From the NCBI GenBank assembly GCA_021156165.1, contig JAJNBM010000002.1, positions 792 through 64,791 of the forward strand: a stretch of DNA of 64,000 nt. Reading direction: 5' to 3'. Under the pieces are notes generated by a model, which was not told the origin of the DNA, did no database searches, and worked only from the letters and a program-made list of their open reading frames with translations. The stretch is from Gammaproteobacteria bacterium (GTDB lineage Bacteria; Pseudomonadota; Gammaproteobacteria; UBA1113). A program made the translations under genes and the position numbers. Below are positions 37,001 to 47,254 of the stretch, piece after piece (position 1 is the stretch's first letter; every line of letters begins with the position of its first letter).

Positions 37001-38044
37001 CTATTGTAATTTTAACAATTGCCAATAACGAGAGATCGCGTCTAAGGCGTCATCATTAATGTCGGTTTGAAAGTAACCCTGTGTTATAACTTTTGGACCG
37101 GGGAAAATCACCGCATTATTCGCCAGTGTAGGCGGTAAATACGCCAGCGCTGCCTGGTTTGCAGTGGGATAAAAGGTTTCTGTGACTTGTAATGCCGCTA
37201 TTTTTGCTTGCATTACGTAGTTTAAAAATTTATAGGCATTCTCTTGGTGCGGGGCATTCTTAGGAATAACAAAGGAATCCACCCAAATTACAAATTTGTC
37301 TTTAGGATAGATAAATTCTATATCTGGGTTCTGCAAGCTTGCTTTATAGGCATCCGCGTTCCATGCCATGCCTATAGTGACATCTTCATCTACCAACAGC
37401 GAGGGCACAGAGCTACTATTGTACAGACGTACATTAGGCAATAAAGCCACCAAGTTTTGATACGCATCTTGCAAATGCTGCAAATTATTTTCGTTAGGAG
37501 AATAGCCCAAAGTCATTAGGCCTACATTAAATACTTCTCGAGGATCATTTAACAACAACAGGGAATCGCGATATTTAGGAGACCACAGATCCGTCCATTT
37601 TTCAATTTTATCGTGGGGATAGTACTTACGATTGACAAAAATGCCTGTTAAACCCCACACCCAGGGAATGCTGTATTCGCCTTTAGGATCGTAATCGGGA
37701 TGGGTAAACGCCGGATTTAAGTTTTTATAATTAGACAAACGGCTCGTATCGATTTTTTCTATCATATCTTCGCGCGCCATCCGAGTAATATAATAGCTAG
37801 ACGGTTCCACTACATCGTATTGCGTATCCTTACTCGCTGCCTTCATTTTCGCATACAATACTTCATTGCTGTCGAAGGTAGAATAGTTGACTTTAATGCC
37901 CGTGTCTTGTTGAAATTGCTGAACTATTTTAGGTGATAATTCTTGGGACCATGCAGAGACATTGACCACATTGTCGTCGGCCATGGCTGTGGTACAAAAT
38001 AAGCTTAGACTTAAAAATAATCCTTTGTATCCAATACGCTTCAA
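37001..38044 (-). CDS. potD: Spermidine/putrescine ABC transporter periplasmic binding protein
   Basis: PotD/PotF-family homology after a signal peptide …LFLSLSLFCTTAMA. The probable start is the TTG at 38044. The track ORF to 38176 reads through a REP element. Confidence 0.75.
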   Translation of the reverse strand: MKRIGYKGLFLSLSLFCTTAMADDNVVNVSAWSQELSPKIVQQFQQDTGIKVNYSTFDSNEVLYAKMKAASKDTQYDVVEPSSYYITRMAREDMIEKIDTSRLSNYKNLNPAFTHPDYDPKGEYSIPWVWGLTGIFVNRKYYPHDKIEKWTDLWSPKYRDSLLLLNDPREVFNVGLMTLGYSPNENNLQHLQDAYQNLVALLPNVRLYNSSSVPSLLVDEDVTIGMAWNADAYKASLQNPDIEFIYPKDKFVIWVDSFVIPKNAPHQENAYKFLNYVMQAKIAALQVTETFYPTANQAALAYLPPTLANNAVIFPGPKVITQGYFQTDINDDALDAISRYWQLLKLQ

Positions 38045-38058
38045 GGTGCGTATTATCC

Positions 38059-38117
38059 CGTAGGGGTAACCTCCGGTGGTTGCTCCTCTAGGGCAGGCAC
38101 GGGGGCCTGCCCCTATG
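38059..38117. repeat. REP-like palindromic element, copy 3
   Basis: CCGTAGGGGTAACCTCCGGTGGTTGCTCCTCTAGGGCAGGCACGGGGGCCTGCCCCTATGC. Confidence 0.8.
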
Positions 38118-38136
38118 CTCTTTACGAAAGGTATTT

Positions 38137-38907
38137 TCATATCTTCTTCTGCCTCGTGACCCATTGTGACAAACAAACCAATAGCAACGTCAGTCCAAAC
38201 AATAAACTACACAGTGCATTCAATTCTACATTAACCCCTAAGCGGGCTAAGCCAAAAATCTTGATGGGTAAGATTTCAAAACCAGGGCCTGAAACAAAAT
38301 AGCTAATGACGATATCATCGAAAGACAAGGCAAAGCATAACAAGGCCCCTGAAATAAGTGCTGGCAATAGTATAGGCACAATAATATGCCAGAAAGTCTG
38401 CAATTCACTGGCGCCCAAATCACTGGCGGCAGCAAAAATATTGGGATCGATGCTTTTTGCGCGGCTATACACAATAACCACCACGAAGGGGATACAAAAA
38501 GTAACATGAGCGATGTACAAGGACAAAAAGCCTAAGGACAAACCACTTAAGGAGAATAAGATTAACAACGCAATACCCAGTACAATATCGGGCGTGATAA
38601 TAATTACAAACAGCAGCCCTTCTAACATATTTTTACCGCGGAAACGATATCGATATAAACTAATCGCTGCCAAAGTGCCAATAAACAGTGCCGAAGCCGT
38701 TGCCGCTATCGCTAAGTACAGCGAATGCCATACTGCAATCCATAAATTGCTGTCATGCAACACTTCCTTATACCAATTTAAGGTAAAACCATGCCACAGC
38801 ATAGAAAATACCGCATTATTAAAAGAATAGACGATCAGCGTGCCTATAGGAATATATAAAAAAAGATAAATGAGTGCTAAATAAGAGAACCTAAATGACC
38901 GATTCAT
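38137..38907 (-). CDS. potC: Spermidine/putrescine ABC transporter permease
   Basis: 6-TM permease with an EAA-like loop. It overlaps potB by 17 bp. Confidence 0.8.
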   Translation of the reverse strand: MNRSFRFSYLALIYLFLYIPIGTLIVYSFNNAVFSMLWHGFTLNWYKEVLHDSNLWIAVWHSLYLAIAATASALFIGTLAAISLYRYRFRGKNMLEGLLFVIIITPDIVLGIALLILFSLSGLSLGFLSLYIAHVTFCIPFVVVIVYSRAKSIDPNIFAAASDLGASELQTFWHIIVPILLPALISGALLCFALSFDDIVISYFVSGPGFEILPIKIFGLARLGVNVELNALCSLLFGLTLLLVCLSQWVTRQKKI

Positions 38908-39823
38908 AGTTGATCCCTTTATTGCTACTCTTGAATTTGTATATCAATAACCCTATTGCCATAATCACCGTCAACAATACGCTGGTGGCAGCACCCCGCG
39001 GCCAGTTATTGGCCATTAAGAATTGATCTTCAATCAGATTTCCCAATAACAAAGCCTTAGCACCCCCTAATAGATCGGAGATAAAAAATAAGGTCATAGC
39101 AGGTAAAAATACTAAAGTACAACCGCCCGCAATACCGGGTATACTGAGTGGAATAATCACTTTACGGAAAATAGTGGTGTACTTTGCGCCTAAGTCTTTG
39201 GCCGCCTCAATTAAAGAAACATCGAAACGCTCTAGATTCACATAAATAGGTAAAATCATAAAAGGTAATAAATTATAAATTAGGCCTATGCCCACGGCCG
39301 TATTGGTAAATAAAAGTTGTAAAGGCTCATGAATTAAACCCATGGCCAACAAAGCGGTATTCACTAACCCCTTCGTTTTCAATAGACTCATCATGGCATA
39401 GGTGCGTACTATCGAGCTGGTCCAAAATGGCAGCAACAATAACAACAACGCCGTATTTTGTAGCCTTTCTGGCAACCTGGAAATAATGTAGGCAAAAGGA
39501 TACCCCAAGAGCAAACAGACCGCTGTTACCATAGACGCAATGTAAAAAGATTTCAGAAATATTTTAAAGAAAATAGGGTCGAATAAATCTACATAATTTT
39601 GCAAGGTAAAGTGCCATAAAGCGATGTGGTCGGGATCGTGTTCTGAAAAACTCATCACCACCATAACTAAAAAAGACAATAAGCCAAAGATACATAGCCA
39701 GCTGGTAATCAACCCTACCGAAAAATATTGAAACTTATGCTTCATAATAAACATCCACGTTCTTTTCAGGAAAGCCCAGATTGGACGCATCTTGCCCGTA
39801 ATTTTTCGGTGAAAAATGCTCAT
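38891..39823 (-). CDS. potB: Spermidine/putrescine ABC transporter permease
   Basis: 6-TM permease with the EAA motif (…IEAAKDLGA…). Confidence 0.8.
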   Translation of the reverse strand: MSIFHRKITGKMRPIWAFLKRTWMFIMKHKFQYFSVGLITSWLCIFGLLSFLVMVVMSFSEHDPDHIALWHFTLQNYVDLFDPIFFKIFLKSFYIASMVTAVCLLLGYPFAYIISRLPERLQNTALLLLLLPFWTSSIVRTYAMMSLLKTKGLVNTALLAMGLIHEPLQLLFTNTAVGIGLIYNLLPFMILPIYVNLERFDVSLIEAAKDLGAKYTTIFRKVIIPLSIPGIAGGCTLVFLPAMTLFFISDLLGGAKALLLGNLIEDQFLMANNWPRGAATSVLLTVIMAIGLLIYKFKSSNKGINYESVI

Positions 39824-39906
39824 TTAAACTCCGCTTTTTCAACTCAAAATTACAGTCAACCTGCCTTCCAATCTGGGCTTTGGAGTATTTGTAGATGAAA
39901 GAATAA

Positions 39907-41007
39907 TTATGCTTCATAGGGCAGTACCACCTCCCAGCCTATAGGCCAATTGACCCATACGGATTCGCCTATGATATAGGTAACATCTTCGCCATTGTCT
40001 TCGTCGAAAAATTCAGTGACCGACAACAATTTGCCATCGGGTAATTTAATGATTAAATCAACCGTAGTCCCTTTGTAAATAACCTCGTTCACCATGGCAG
40101 GAAACATCATGCTGATGTCATCAATTTCAGAGCGATGATACACTCGCGTGTCTTCCGGTCTTATCAGCAAATGAATTTTATCGCCGCTTTTAAATTGACT
40201 GCAGTTCTCTAATTCATATTGAATGTCTTGCACCGTAACTTTAATGGTTTTATCATTTGCTTCATCAATCACCACATCAAAAATATTACTTTCGCCGATA
40301 AAGGTTGCAACGGAAATACTTTTAGGATTTTCGTAAATATCGCGCGGCGTGCCTTGTTGTACCACGCGGCCTTGCTGTAACACGACAATGCTGTCCGACA
40401 TAGATAAGGCTTCTTCTTGATCATGCGTCACGAATACAAAAGCAATGCCCAACTTACGCTGCAATTGTTTTAGTTCAATCTGCATATTTTTGCGTAAGCG
40501 GTAATCTAAAGAACTCAAGGGCTCATCCAGCAACAACACTATAGGCTCTTTGACTACGGCTCTAGCGATGGCCACGCGTTGTTGCTGGCCGCCGCTTAAT
40601 TCATGTGGTTTGCGCCGCTCGTAATCAGACAACCGCACCATGCGCAACATTTCCGTAACACGTCGTGTAATTTCCTCTTCCGCTACGCCGTCGCAACGCA
40701 ACCCAAAGGCCACATTGTCAAAAACGGTCATGTGAGGAAACAAGGCATAACTTTGAAAGACGGTATTGACATGCCGCTCTTGGGGTAACAAGTCTTTAGC
40801 GTCTTTGCCATTGATAATAATTTGACCCGAAGTAGGTTTTTCAAAACCTGCCAAGAGACGCAAGAGGGTGGTTTTACCACAACCCGAAGGGCCCAATAAG
40901 GTTAAAAATTCACCATCTTTAATATTGAGGTTAATATTTTGTAAGATCTGCTGCCCGCCATATGATTTAAAAATATCGCGAAGCTCTATAATGTTTTTTT
41001 CAGCCAT
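39907..41007 (-). CDS. potA: Spermidine/putrescine ABC transporter ATP-binding protein
   Basis: Walker A GPSGCGKTT, signature LSGGQQQRVAIARA, Walker B LLLDEPLSSLD, and a C-terminal TOBE-like domain. Confidence 0.88.
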   Translation of the reverse strand: MAEKNIIELRDIFKSYGGQQILQNINLNIKDGEFLTLLGPSGCGKTTLLRLLAGFEKPTSGQIIINGKDAKDLLPQERHVNTVFQSYALFPHMTVFDNVAFGLRCDGVAEEEITRRVTEMLRMVRLSDYERRKPHELSGGQQQRVAIARAVVKEPIVLLLDEPLSSLDYRLRKNMQIELKQLQRKLGIAFVFVTHDQEEALSMSDSIVVLQQGRVVQQGTPRDIYENPKSISVATFIGESNIFDVVIDEANDKTIKVTVQDIQYELENCSQFKSGDKIHLLIRPEDTRVYHRSEIDDISMMFPAMVNEVIYKGTTVDLIIKLPDGKLLSVTEFFDEDNGEDVTYIIGESVWVNWPIGWEVVLPYEA

Positions 41008-41256
41008 GGCTCACCCTTAAAATAAATTAAAAAAGAATGATTTTATGCATTGAACGCCGATCTTGGGCCATAGCCGAGGATTTTACAGCGAAACAAGACC
41101 CCTTTTGCGCTCAATCCCTTCAGGATTAAGCCAAAAGGAACGCTTAAGGCGCTCATGCAACCCATGCAAAATACGGCATTTTAGGTTCTAGGTCAATAGT
41201 TTTAGTGAAAATTTTGTTATAATCTAACCACTACATAATTCATTTGAGGGGTTATC

Positions 41257-42150
41257 ATGGGTAAACGCATTATTTTGTTTTTATTGACCAACTTGGCCGT
41301 CATAGTAGTGGCTTCGTTCATTTTAAATCTATTTGGGGTGACGCCTTATTTAACGCAAAAGGGCTTGAATTATCAGTCTTTATTCATCTTTGCCCTTATT
41401 TTTGGTTTTGCGGGCGCGATCATTTCTCTGCTTTTGTCCAAAACCATCGCCATTTACGGTTATGGCGTGAAACGCATCCAAAGCCCTAGCAGCAGCGAGG
41501 AAAGGCTATTATTTGCCACGGTGCAAAACTTGGCACAAAAGGCCAATATAGGTATGCCCGAAGTGGGTATTTACAATAGCCCCGAGCCCAACGCTTTTGC
41601 CACTGGCTGGAACAAAAACAAATCCTTAGTAGCAGTATCCACGGGTTTGTTACAAAACATGAATCAGCAAGAATTAAACGGCGTTCTGGGTCATGAGATT
41701 TCCCATATTGCCAATGGCGATATGGTGACGATGACTTTACTACAAGGTGTGTTGAATACCTTTGTCATCTTCTTTGCCCGCATCGTCGCTTTTGCCATTG
41801 CACAAGTTTTACAAAAAGATGAAGAAGGCGGCGGCATCAGTACCATGGCCTATTGGCTCATTAGTATGGTGTTTGAAATGGTATTTGGGATTTTGGCAAG
41901 TCTGGTGGTGTTGGCCTTTTCGCGTAGACGCGAATTCCGAGCCGATGCGGGTTCCGTGCGCTTAGTAAATAAAGCAAGCATGATAGCGGCTTTGCAACGT
42001 TTGCAACAAATCACCGCTGCGGCACCTGTAGACAATCGCGTTCCCTCAATGGCAGCATTTAAAATTTCGCATCAAAGCCGCTTTGGAAGATTGTTTGCAA
42101 GTCACCCCCCGCTGGAAGCGCGTATTGAAGCGTTGCAAAAGATGAATTGA
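41257..42150 (+). CDS. htpX: Membrane zinc metalloprotease HtpX (M48)
   Basis: Two N-terminal TM helices and the HEISH zinc motif (GHEISHIANGD). Confidence 0.88.
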   Translation: MGKRIILFLLTNLAVIVVASFILNLFGVTPYLTQKGLNYQSLFIFALIFGFAGAIISLLLSKTIAIYGYGVKRIQSPSSSEERLLFATVQNLAQKANIGMPEVGIYNSPEPNAFATGWNKNKSLVAVSTGLLQNMNQQELNGVLGHEISHIANGDMVTMTLLQGVLNTFVIFFARIVAFAIAQVLQKDEEGGGISTMAYWLISMVFEMVFGILASLVVLAFSRRREFRADAGSVRLVNKASMIAALQRLQQITAAAPVDNRVPSMAAFKISHQSRFGRLFASHPPLEARIEALQKMN

Positions 42151-42245
42151 AAATGGAATTGACGCTGTACGATGTTGGGTACGGGCAGCTACAAAAGTCT
42201 CGCTACTCTATTTGTGAAGGTCGCTCAGTTTGCAATGACATAAAA

Positions 42246-43010
42246 TTACCCAAAATTAAAAACCTGTCCCTTAACCACAAAGCCTCTAAACCCATCGGCT
42301 TTGGCATCGGGTAGATCGCCAGGATTATAATGATATAACCACATTTTAGCGCGAATTTCAGGCGACAAGGTTAAGAGCTCGGCATAGCTGGCGTGTACAC
42401 CGCTAGGTGCTTTTGTAGTTTCACAATCCTGAAAGATAATATCGGCCCATTCATAAAAATCACAAATTTGTGTCGGTGCAAATTGTGTGTCGGTGGTAAT
42501 AAATACCTTCGTGTCATTAGCTGTAAAAATTAATCCGAAACTCGGCACTATTCTAAAACCATTCATCACGTGCATCGTTTGCACCGTTTGCAAGCTAAGT
42601 TTGTTCCATTTAAAAGGCTCATTCTCTTTTATAAGATGCACTTTAAAATAAGTATTTAAATTTGCAATACTGCCTTGTAAGGAAGTCATGCCACCGGACA
42701 GCACTTTCTCCCACAAAGGGGTCTCCAAAGAGTGGTGTATATATAAATTTGGCTGACTACAGGTGGGATCAAAATAGGAAGTAAAGCCCAACCATTCTAA
42801 ACCGCCCGCATGATCGGCATGTAGGTGACTAATGTAAACATGGTGAATGTCTTTATAATTCATTCCTAACTCTGCTAAAGACAAGCGCGCATCGGAGCCG
42901 CAATCAATGAGCAGCTTAGAATCGTTATCATCCACCAATAGCATATTCGAATGATAATTACCACTATTTATCGTAAAGGCCGATCCTGTTCCTAAAAAAA
43001 TGAGTCTCAT
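42246..43010 (-). CDS. MBL-fold metallo-hydrolase
   Basis: HxHxDH motif (ISHLHADHAGG). Confidence 0.65.
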   Translation of the reverse strand: MRLIFLGTGSAFTINSGNYHSNMLLVDDNDSKLLIDCGSDARLSLAELGMNYKDIHHVYISHLHADHAGGLEWLGFTSYFDPTCSQPNLYIHHSLETPLWEKVLSGGMTSLQGSIANLNTYFKVHLIKENEPFKWNKLSLQTVQTMHVMNGFRIVPSFGLIFTANDTKVFITTDTQFAPTQICDFYEWADIIFQDCETTKAPSGVHASYAELLTLSPEIRAKMWLYHYNPGDLPDAKADGFRGFVVKGQVFNFG

Positions 43011-43029
43011 CCTTTAAAACCTCACACTG

Positions 43030-43308
43030 TTATCCAATTAAAAAATCAGTGAAGTGCTTAAAAGGCACACTCCATGATTCCACTTCTTCTACCTGGGCAC
43101 GAGGCGGTCCTTTCCACAACCACTCTTCTAATTGCTCTAAATTCTGTGTTTCACCACAGGCTACTACTTCCACCGAACCGTCTCCCAAATTGAAGACTCG
43201 CCCGGTTAAATTCAATGCCAGCGCTTGTTGTTGCGCCGCGCGCCGGTAAAAAACTCCTTGCACTTTACCTGTAACTTTATAGTGTCTACATTCTTTACTC
43301 ATACTCAA
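43030..43308 (-). CDS. acyP: Acylphosphatase
   Basis: VQGVFYRRAAQQQA…GRVFNLGDGSVEVVA matches both acylphosphatase signatures. Confidence 0.8.
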   Translation of the reverse strand: MSMSKECRHYKVTGKVQGVFYRRAAQQQALALNLTGRVFNLGDGSVEVVACGETQNLEQLEEWLWKGPPRAQVEEVESWSVPFKHFTDFLIG

Positions 43309-43335
43309 CCCATATTCAACTTTTCTTTATTAGAC

Positions 43336-44286
43336 TTAGGGCGATATATTCGCCAATTCATTCGTGCTATGTACCATCGCATCAATAATGGGAGCCTCCG
43401 TAAGAGCATGACCCGCATCGCGAATAATTTTCAGCTTCGATTTTGGCCAAGCTTTATGTAATTCCCAAGCATTTCCTAATAGACAAACCATATCATAACG
43501 ACCATGAATAATGGTACCTGGAATATCTGCTAAAACCCCAGCATTAGTCAAGATCTCATTGTTCTTTAAAAAGCAATTTTGTCTAAAGTAATGACAACTG
43601 ATGCGCGCTAATGAATTGGCGTGCGGCGGCTCTGTAAAATGATCAATACGCTTTTGCTGTGGCTCTAAGGTAGTGGCGCGCCCTTCCCACGATGCCCAAG
43701 CCTTAGCGGCAACCCGACGTATTAAATCATCAGTTCCCGTTAAACGCTCATAATAAGCGTTTAAGAGATCTTTGCGCTCATTTTCTGGGATCGGCGCTAC
43801 AAAGGATTCCCAATAATCCGGGAAAATAAGGCGAGTACCGTCGCTAAAAAACCAATTGATATCTTCTTTTCGGCCTAAGAAAATACTCCACAATAATAAT
43901 GAACGGACCCGCTGCGGATACTTCTCAGCATATAACAGTGCCAACAAACTACCCCAGCCGCCACCCGCGACCAGAAAGCGGTCGATTTGCAGGGTTTTGC
44001 GTATGGCTTCGATATCGTGGAGTAAGTCTTGAGTAGTATTATTTTCTAAAGAAGCCAGTGGCACCGATTGGCCGCAGCCACGCTGGTCAAATAGAATGAT
44101 GCGATAACGCTCGGGATCAAATAAGCGGCGATGCAAGGTTTCAGAAAACCCCCCCGGCCCACCGTGTATCACTACAGCAGGAATACCATAGGGATTTCCA
44201 GATTCTTCCGCATAAAGCTGATGCCCCCCGCTTACTGGGATAGTATAGGTTTCATTCACTTTAAGCGGCGGGTAATACGTATACAT
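43336..44286 (-). CDS. pip: Proline iminopeptidase (alpha/beta hydrolase, S33)
   Basis: …VVIHGGPGG…RIILFDQRGCGQS… and the nucleophile GGSWGS-like motif (GGGWGS). Confidence 0.8.
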   Translation of the reverse strand: MYTYYPPLKVNETYTIPVSGGHQLYAEESGNPYGIPAVVIHGGPGGFSETLHRRLFDPERYRIILFDQRGCGQSVPLASLENNTTQDLLHDIEAIRKTLQIDRFLVAGGGWGSLLALLYAEKYPQRVRSLLLWSIFLGRKEDINWFFSDGTRLIFPDYWESFVAPIPENERKDLLNAYYERLTGTDDLIRRVAAKAWASWEGRATTLEPQQKRIDHFTEPPHANSLARISCHYFRQNCFLKNNEILTNAGVLADIPGTIIHGRYDMVCLLGNAWELHKAWPKSKLKIIRDAGHALTEAPIIDAMVHSTNELANISP

Positions 44287-44476
44287 ACCTCTAACTCTTT
44301 AATTTACAAGTCATCTTACTATAATATAGGCAAAGATTCACAAATATGCTAGTTTTATGTTTTCCTTTACCTAATTATAGAGGGGAAAGAGGATGTAGAG
44401 ATAAGCAAGACCCTTATATGCATTTTTTTTTATTGTTTTAATGTTAAAACTTACGCTAAATACACGTTTATCCGTC

Positions 44477-46306
44477 TTAACCCGCTTCTCTACCCTGGCG
44501 CTTACGGTCCGTTTCTTTTAACAATTTTTTACGCAAACGGATATGATGCGGAGTGACTTCCACCAATTCATCGTCATTAATAAACTCCAGTGCTTGCTCT
44601 AAAGTTAATTTTTGAGGCGGCGTTAACAAGATAGCGTCATCCGTGCCCGAGGCGCGAATATTAGTTAATTGCTTAGTCTTAGACACATTCACCACTAAGT
44701 CGTTGTCTCTAGAATGAAGGCCCACTATCATACCCTCATACACATCTACTTGGGGTCCTATAAACAAACGGCCGCGCTCCTGCAAGCCCCACAAAGCATA
44801 CCCCACGGAAACACCGTTACCATTGACAATCAACACGCCATTTTTACGCGCCACAATCTTTCCAGGCTTAATAGGAGCATAGCGATCAAACACGTGATAC
44901 ATCAAACCTGAACCCGACGTAATGGTTAAAAATTCGCCATGAAAGCCAATTAAGCCGCGCGTAGGGATTTCATAGTCTAAGCGTACGCGCCCCTTGCCAT
45001 CGGAATGCATGTTTTTAAGGTCGCCGCGCCGTAGCCCTAATTTTTCCATGACAGTACCTTGATGGGTTTCTTCTACGTCTACCGTCAATATTTCATAAGG
45101 CTCCATCAATTCGCCATTGATCTCTTTGACTATAACCTCCGGCCTAGATACCCCTAACTCGTACCCTTCGCGGCGCATATTTTCAATTAAAATGGATAAA
45201 TGCAATTCACCCCGCCCTGAAACGCGAAAACGATCGGGATTTTCCGTGTCTTCCACACGTAAGGCCACATTGTGGATCAATTCGCGCGCCAAGCGGTCGC
45301 GAATCTGCCGGCTGGTTAAATATTTACCGTCACGGCCTGCAAAAGGCGAATTATTAACGCAAAAGGTCATGGTTACCGTGGGTTCATCGACTGACAAGGG
45401 TGGCAAAGTCTCAACCGCATTGGGATCACACAAAGTATCCGAAATGCCTAAACCTTCCATACCGGTTACGGCGACGATATCCCCCGCTAAAGCTTCCTCT
45501 GTTTCCACACGCTGTAAACCCAAATGGGTAAAGACTTGCAAAATACGACCATTGCGACTCTCGCCTTCGGCGTTGACTATAGCAACGGGCATATTGTTGC
45601 GCGCCCGACCGCGAGTAATCCGGCCTATGCCTATAGCGCCTACGTAACTGGAATAATCAATGCTGGAGATTTGCATTTGAAACGGGCCTTCTAAATCCAC
45701 TGGCGGTGGCGACACTTTGTCGATAATAGTTTGAAATAAAGGCGTTAAATCAGTACCCGGTTTGTCTATATCCAAAGTAGCCGTGCCTAAAACGGCCGAA
45801 GTATATACGATAGGAAAATCCAATTGCGCATCGGTAGCACCCAGATCGACAAATAAATCGAAGACTTGATCCACAGCCCAATCGGGTCTAGCCCCTTCGC
45901 GATCGATCTTGTTGACGACCAGAATCGGCTTTAAACCTTGTAAAAACGCCTTTTGCGTGACAAAACGCGTTTGTGGCATAGGCCCATCCACCGCGTCTAC
46001 CAATAACAGTACCGAATCGACCATAGACAAAATACGCTCCACCTCGCCGCCAAAATCAGCATGCCCGGGGGTGTCGACAATATTAATACGGTGATCCTGC
46101 CAATGAATGGCGGTATTCTTGGCCAAAATGGTAATACCGCGCTCTTTTTCCAGATCGTTGCTGTCCATAACGCGTTCTTCTATATCGCCGCGCGTCGATA
46201 AAGTGCCTGATTGCCGCAATAATTTATCGACTAAGGTCGTTTTGCCATGATCAACGTGGGCAATAATCGCGATATTGCGTAATTTATTTAAAAAATTCGT
46301 AGACAT
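44477..46306 (-). CDS. typA: Translational GTPase TypA/BipA
   Basis: [20 protein letters not shown]…DTPGHADF…NKID and full-length collinearity with the EF-G-like domains. Confidence 0.92.
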   Translation of the reverse strand: MSTNFLNKLRNIAIIAHVDHGKTTLVDKLLRQSGTLSTRGDIEERVMDSNDLEKERGITILAKNTAIHWQDHRINIVDTPGHADFGGEVERILSMVDSVLLLVDAVDGPMPQTRFVTQKAFLQGLKPILVVNKIDREGARPDWAVDQVFDLFVDLGATDAQLDFPIVYTSAVLGTATLDIDKPGTDLTPLFQTIIDKVSPPPVDLEGPFQMQISSIDYSSYVGAIGIGRITRGRARNNMPVAIVNAEGESRNGRILQVFTHLGLQRVETEEALAGDIVAVTGMEGLGISDTLCDPNAVETLPPLSVDEPTVTMTFCVNNSPFAGRDGKYLTSRQIRDRLARELIHNVALRVEDTENPDRFRVSGRGELHLSILIENMRREGYELGVSRPEVIVKEINGELMEPYEILTVDVEETHQGTVMEKLGLRRGDLKNMHSDGKGRVRLDYEIPTRGLIGFHGEFLTITSGSGLMYHVFDRYAPIKPGKIVARKNGVLIVNGNGVSVGYALWGLQERGRLFIGPQVDVYEGMIVGLHSRDNDLVVNVSKTKQLTNIRASGTDDAILLTPPQKLTLEQALEFINDDELVEVTPHHIRLRKKLLKETDRKRQGREAG

Positions 46307-46442
46307 AAGATACGGTTAACTCCTGGAAAAATAATCTATTTTACCCTTCTTTCATGCAAAAACCTCAAAATTGGCTATGCTTAATAGTAGGGCTTAAGGT
46401 CCGGATTATACACGAAAATTAGAATGAAGCGAGGATTTTATC

Positions 46443-47009
46443 ATGCAAGACATCGTTACCTATCCCACCTCCGTGGCACAATGGCAAGCTTTGATCAACG
46501 AAGCCACTGTCGATGCCCATATACGCTTAAATGAAGACTTGGAAAGCTATCTGGTTTTCCTGTTAATGCGTTTTAGTACCCAACCTAAAATGGCCCATAG
46601 CGTTTTGGCTCTAGATTTTTTATCAGCCTTTAACGACAATGCCATGGATAGGTCGGGACAATTACAACAAGTAGGAGACAAATGCTTGCTGTTGGCCGGA
46701 TTATTTCCTGGCCGTGCCGAGCGTAAGCATGTACGCATCAGTTATTTTATTCATTTGGGACAAAGTGCTTACAGCAGCCTTTCTTCAGTCTCCTCCCTTA
46801 GCTGGGCCGCTTTATTTAATGACTTAAGTAACGCCTTCGTGCCTTTAACCGATGTACTGTTAACCGCCCGCAGTTTAAACCAAGGTTCTACTCTCACTCC
46901 CTTACAAGCAGAAGAATTGTACAGCGACACCCACAGCAGTGCCGCTAAGCGTACACTGCCGGAGGGAAGCGTGCTGGGACTCGGGGGTAAATCAGCAAAA
47001 AAGACGTGA
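46443..47009 (+). CDS. Hypothetical protein
   Basis: 188-aa ORF with clean spacing. No family recognised. Confidence 0.4.
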   Translation: MQDIVTYPTSVAQWQALINEATVDAHIRLNEDLESYLVFLLMRFSTQPKMAHSVLALDFLSAFNDNAMDRSGQLQQVGDKCLLLAGLFPGRAERKHVRISYFIHLGQSAYSSLSSVSSLSWAALFNDLSNAFVPLTDVLLTARSLNQGSTLTPLQAEELYSDTHSSAAKRTLPEGSVLGLGGKSAKKT

Positions 47010-47254
47010 TTATAGGATAGGGTTACAGTGCTTTAAAGAATTAGACTATTTTTTGCTAATGCTTATACTACGGATACTAAGGCTTAGTTCGCCAGGCTAT
47101 TCAGGCAGCTTCGAGCTAGCTCTATATCACGGCAAGTTTCTTTCTGGCATCTTGAAGTGTAATGGGTACATCAAGCACTAGGAGTGTAGCGCGCTTAAGC
47201 GAACCCTTCCGGAGAGGCGTTTAATAAGAAGTTATGGTCTCAACCCGCCTCCCT